A DNA stretch of 63,484 bases, counting the filler, from Rhabdomonas costata (lineage: Eukaryota): the NCBI GenBank assembly GCA_019059605.1. It is 46 parts of 46 records of this genome, joined end to end, with 100 filler letters (N's around TTAATTAATTAA, not from the genome) between each part and the next. Parts side by side here need not be neighbours in the genome. Positions count along the whole stretch, not along the records: positions 62,203 to 63,484 come from JAHMHO010020776.1; 45 more parts are not named here. One strand, given 5' to 3'. Every line of letters starts with the position of its first letter. Positions within the stretch are counted from its first letter, which is position 1. Shown here piece by piece: positions 62,897-63,484 of the stretch. The translations under genes were made by a program, and so were the position numbers. Below the pieces are notes generated by a model. The model did not search any database and was not told where the DNA came from. It saw only the letters and a program-made list of their open reading frames with translations.

Positions 62897-63072
62897 CAAG
62901 GTCAAGCTTTTGCCATCTCCGGAGACTTTGTTCAGGACGCTGTCCAGCTTGGAGCGGGCCATACGGTTGACAAAGCCGCTGACCTGCGGCCATACGTTGG
63001 CGATGATGGCGTTGAGCCATCGCGAGCGGTCCCAGTCCCGGTAGATCTCCCAGTAGGGGATCGGATAGAACT
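62897..63072 (-). CDS. SMP-domain (extended synaptotagmin/tricalbin-like) exon
   Basis: AG/GT exon FYPIPYWEIYRDWDRSRWLNAIIANVWPQVSGFVNRMARSKLDSVL matches the P.W...D.ER..WLN.....WP start of SMP domains. Confidence 0.8.
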
Positions 63073-63484
63073 CTGCCCATCACGATGAGAACGCCGGGAG
63101 AAAATACAGGAGAAGACGAGCAAGAAAGCCAATAAAAAACAGCGAAAACGTTTTTTTTCAAAGTTTCCAGGACCCACTTCGTTTTGCAAGAGCAGACGAC
63201 GTGTGTTTCCCTTATCCGTAGCCAGTGAACCACCATCCATCTCTCCTGGCTCTCCAATACACTCCTGTTACAATTGTATGATACTCGTTGAATCTAGTAG
63301 TTGCAGGCATTTTCTCAACCCACCACACCAAACCTGAAAACCTCGGCGATAAGAGGGCGAAATCAGGAGCAAGAAAGAAAAACCAGTGCTGGCACACCAA
63401 CGTGCAGGTGGCCGGACGGTGTGCCAGCCTACAGTTCTTTCTCTTATCAAAACCCAAGCCCGACGAAAGGCAAGCCCAAAACCC

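Overview
This window is not one locus. It is 46 unrelated contigs of about 1.28 kb each (apparently from a length-sorted assembly) joined by 100-nt artificial spacers (N44-TTAATTAATTAA-N44), so adjacency across spacers carries no biological meaning. Most contigs start with G/T-only runs and end with A/C-only runs, and four have fold-back inversions at their ends; both patterns point to whole-genome-amplified DNA. The content is an intron-rich eukaryotic nuclear genome with short GC3-rich exons and GT-AG introns whose donors are mostly GTRY-type rather than GTRAG. A euglenozoan, probably a euglenid, is my inference and is not proven. By splicing exons by hand I recovered fragments of: class III adenylyl cyclases (two catalytic paralogues with identical intron positions, one probable pseudo-cyclase, one TM-HAMP receptor fragment), a PH-BEACH protein, an ORC4-like AAA+ protein, eIF3f, eL38, a PUF protein, an inositol polyphosphate kinase, a Pho91-like transporter, a P-type ATPase, a gamma-CA, a pepsin-family protease, a GT31 glycosyltransferase, an SMP-domain protein, a WD40 protein and a voltage-sensor exon. 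There are also decayed CRE-like and Ty3/gypsy retroelements and several dispersed repeats. I cannot support a new multi-gene system from fragments like these. The best leads are a dispersed hairpin-rich non-coding element seen in three contigs, the cyclase/pseudo-cyclase expansion, and the atypical splice donors including GC-AG candidates. All family calls are from motif recognition, without database searches.
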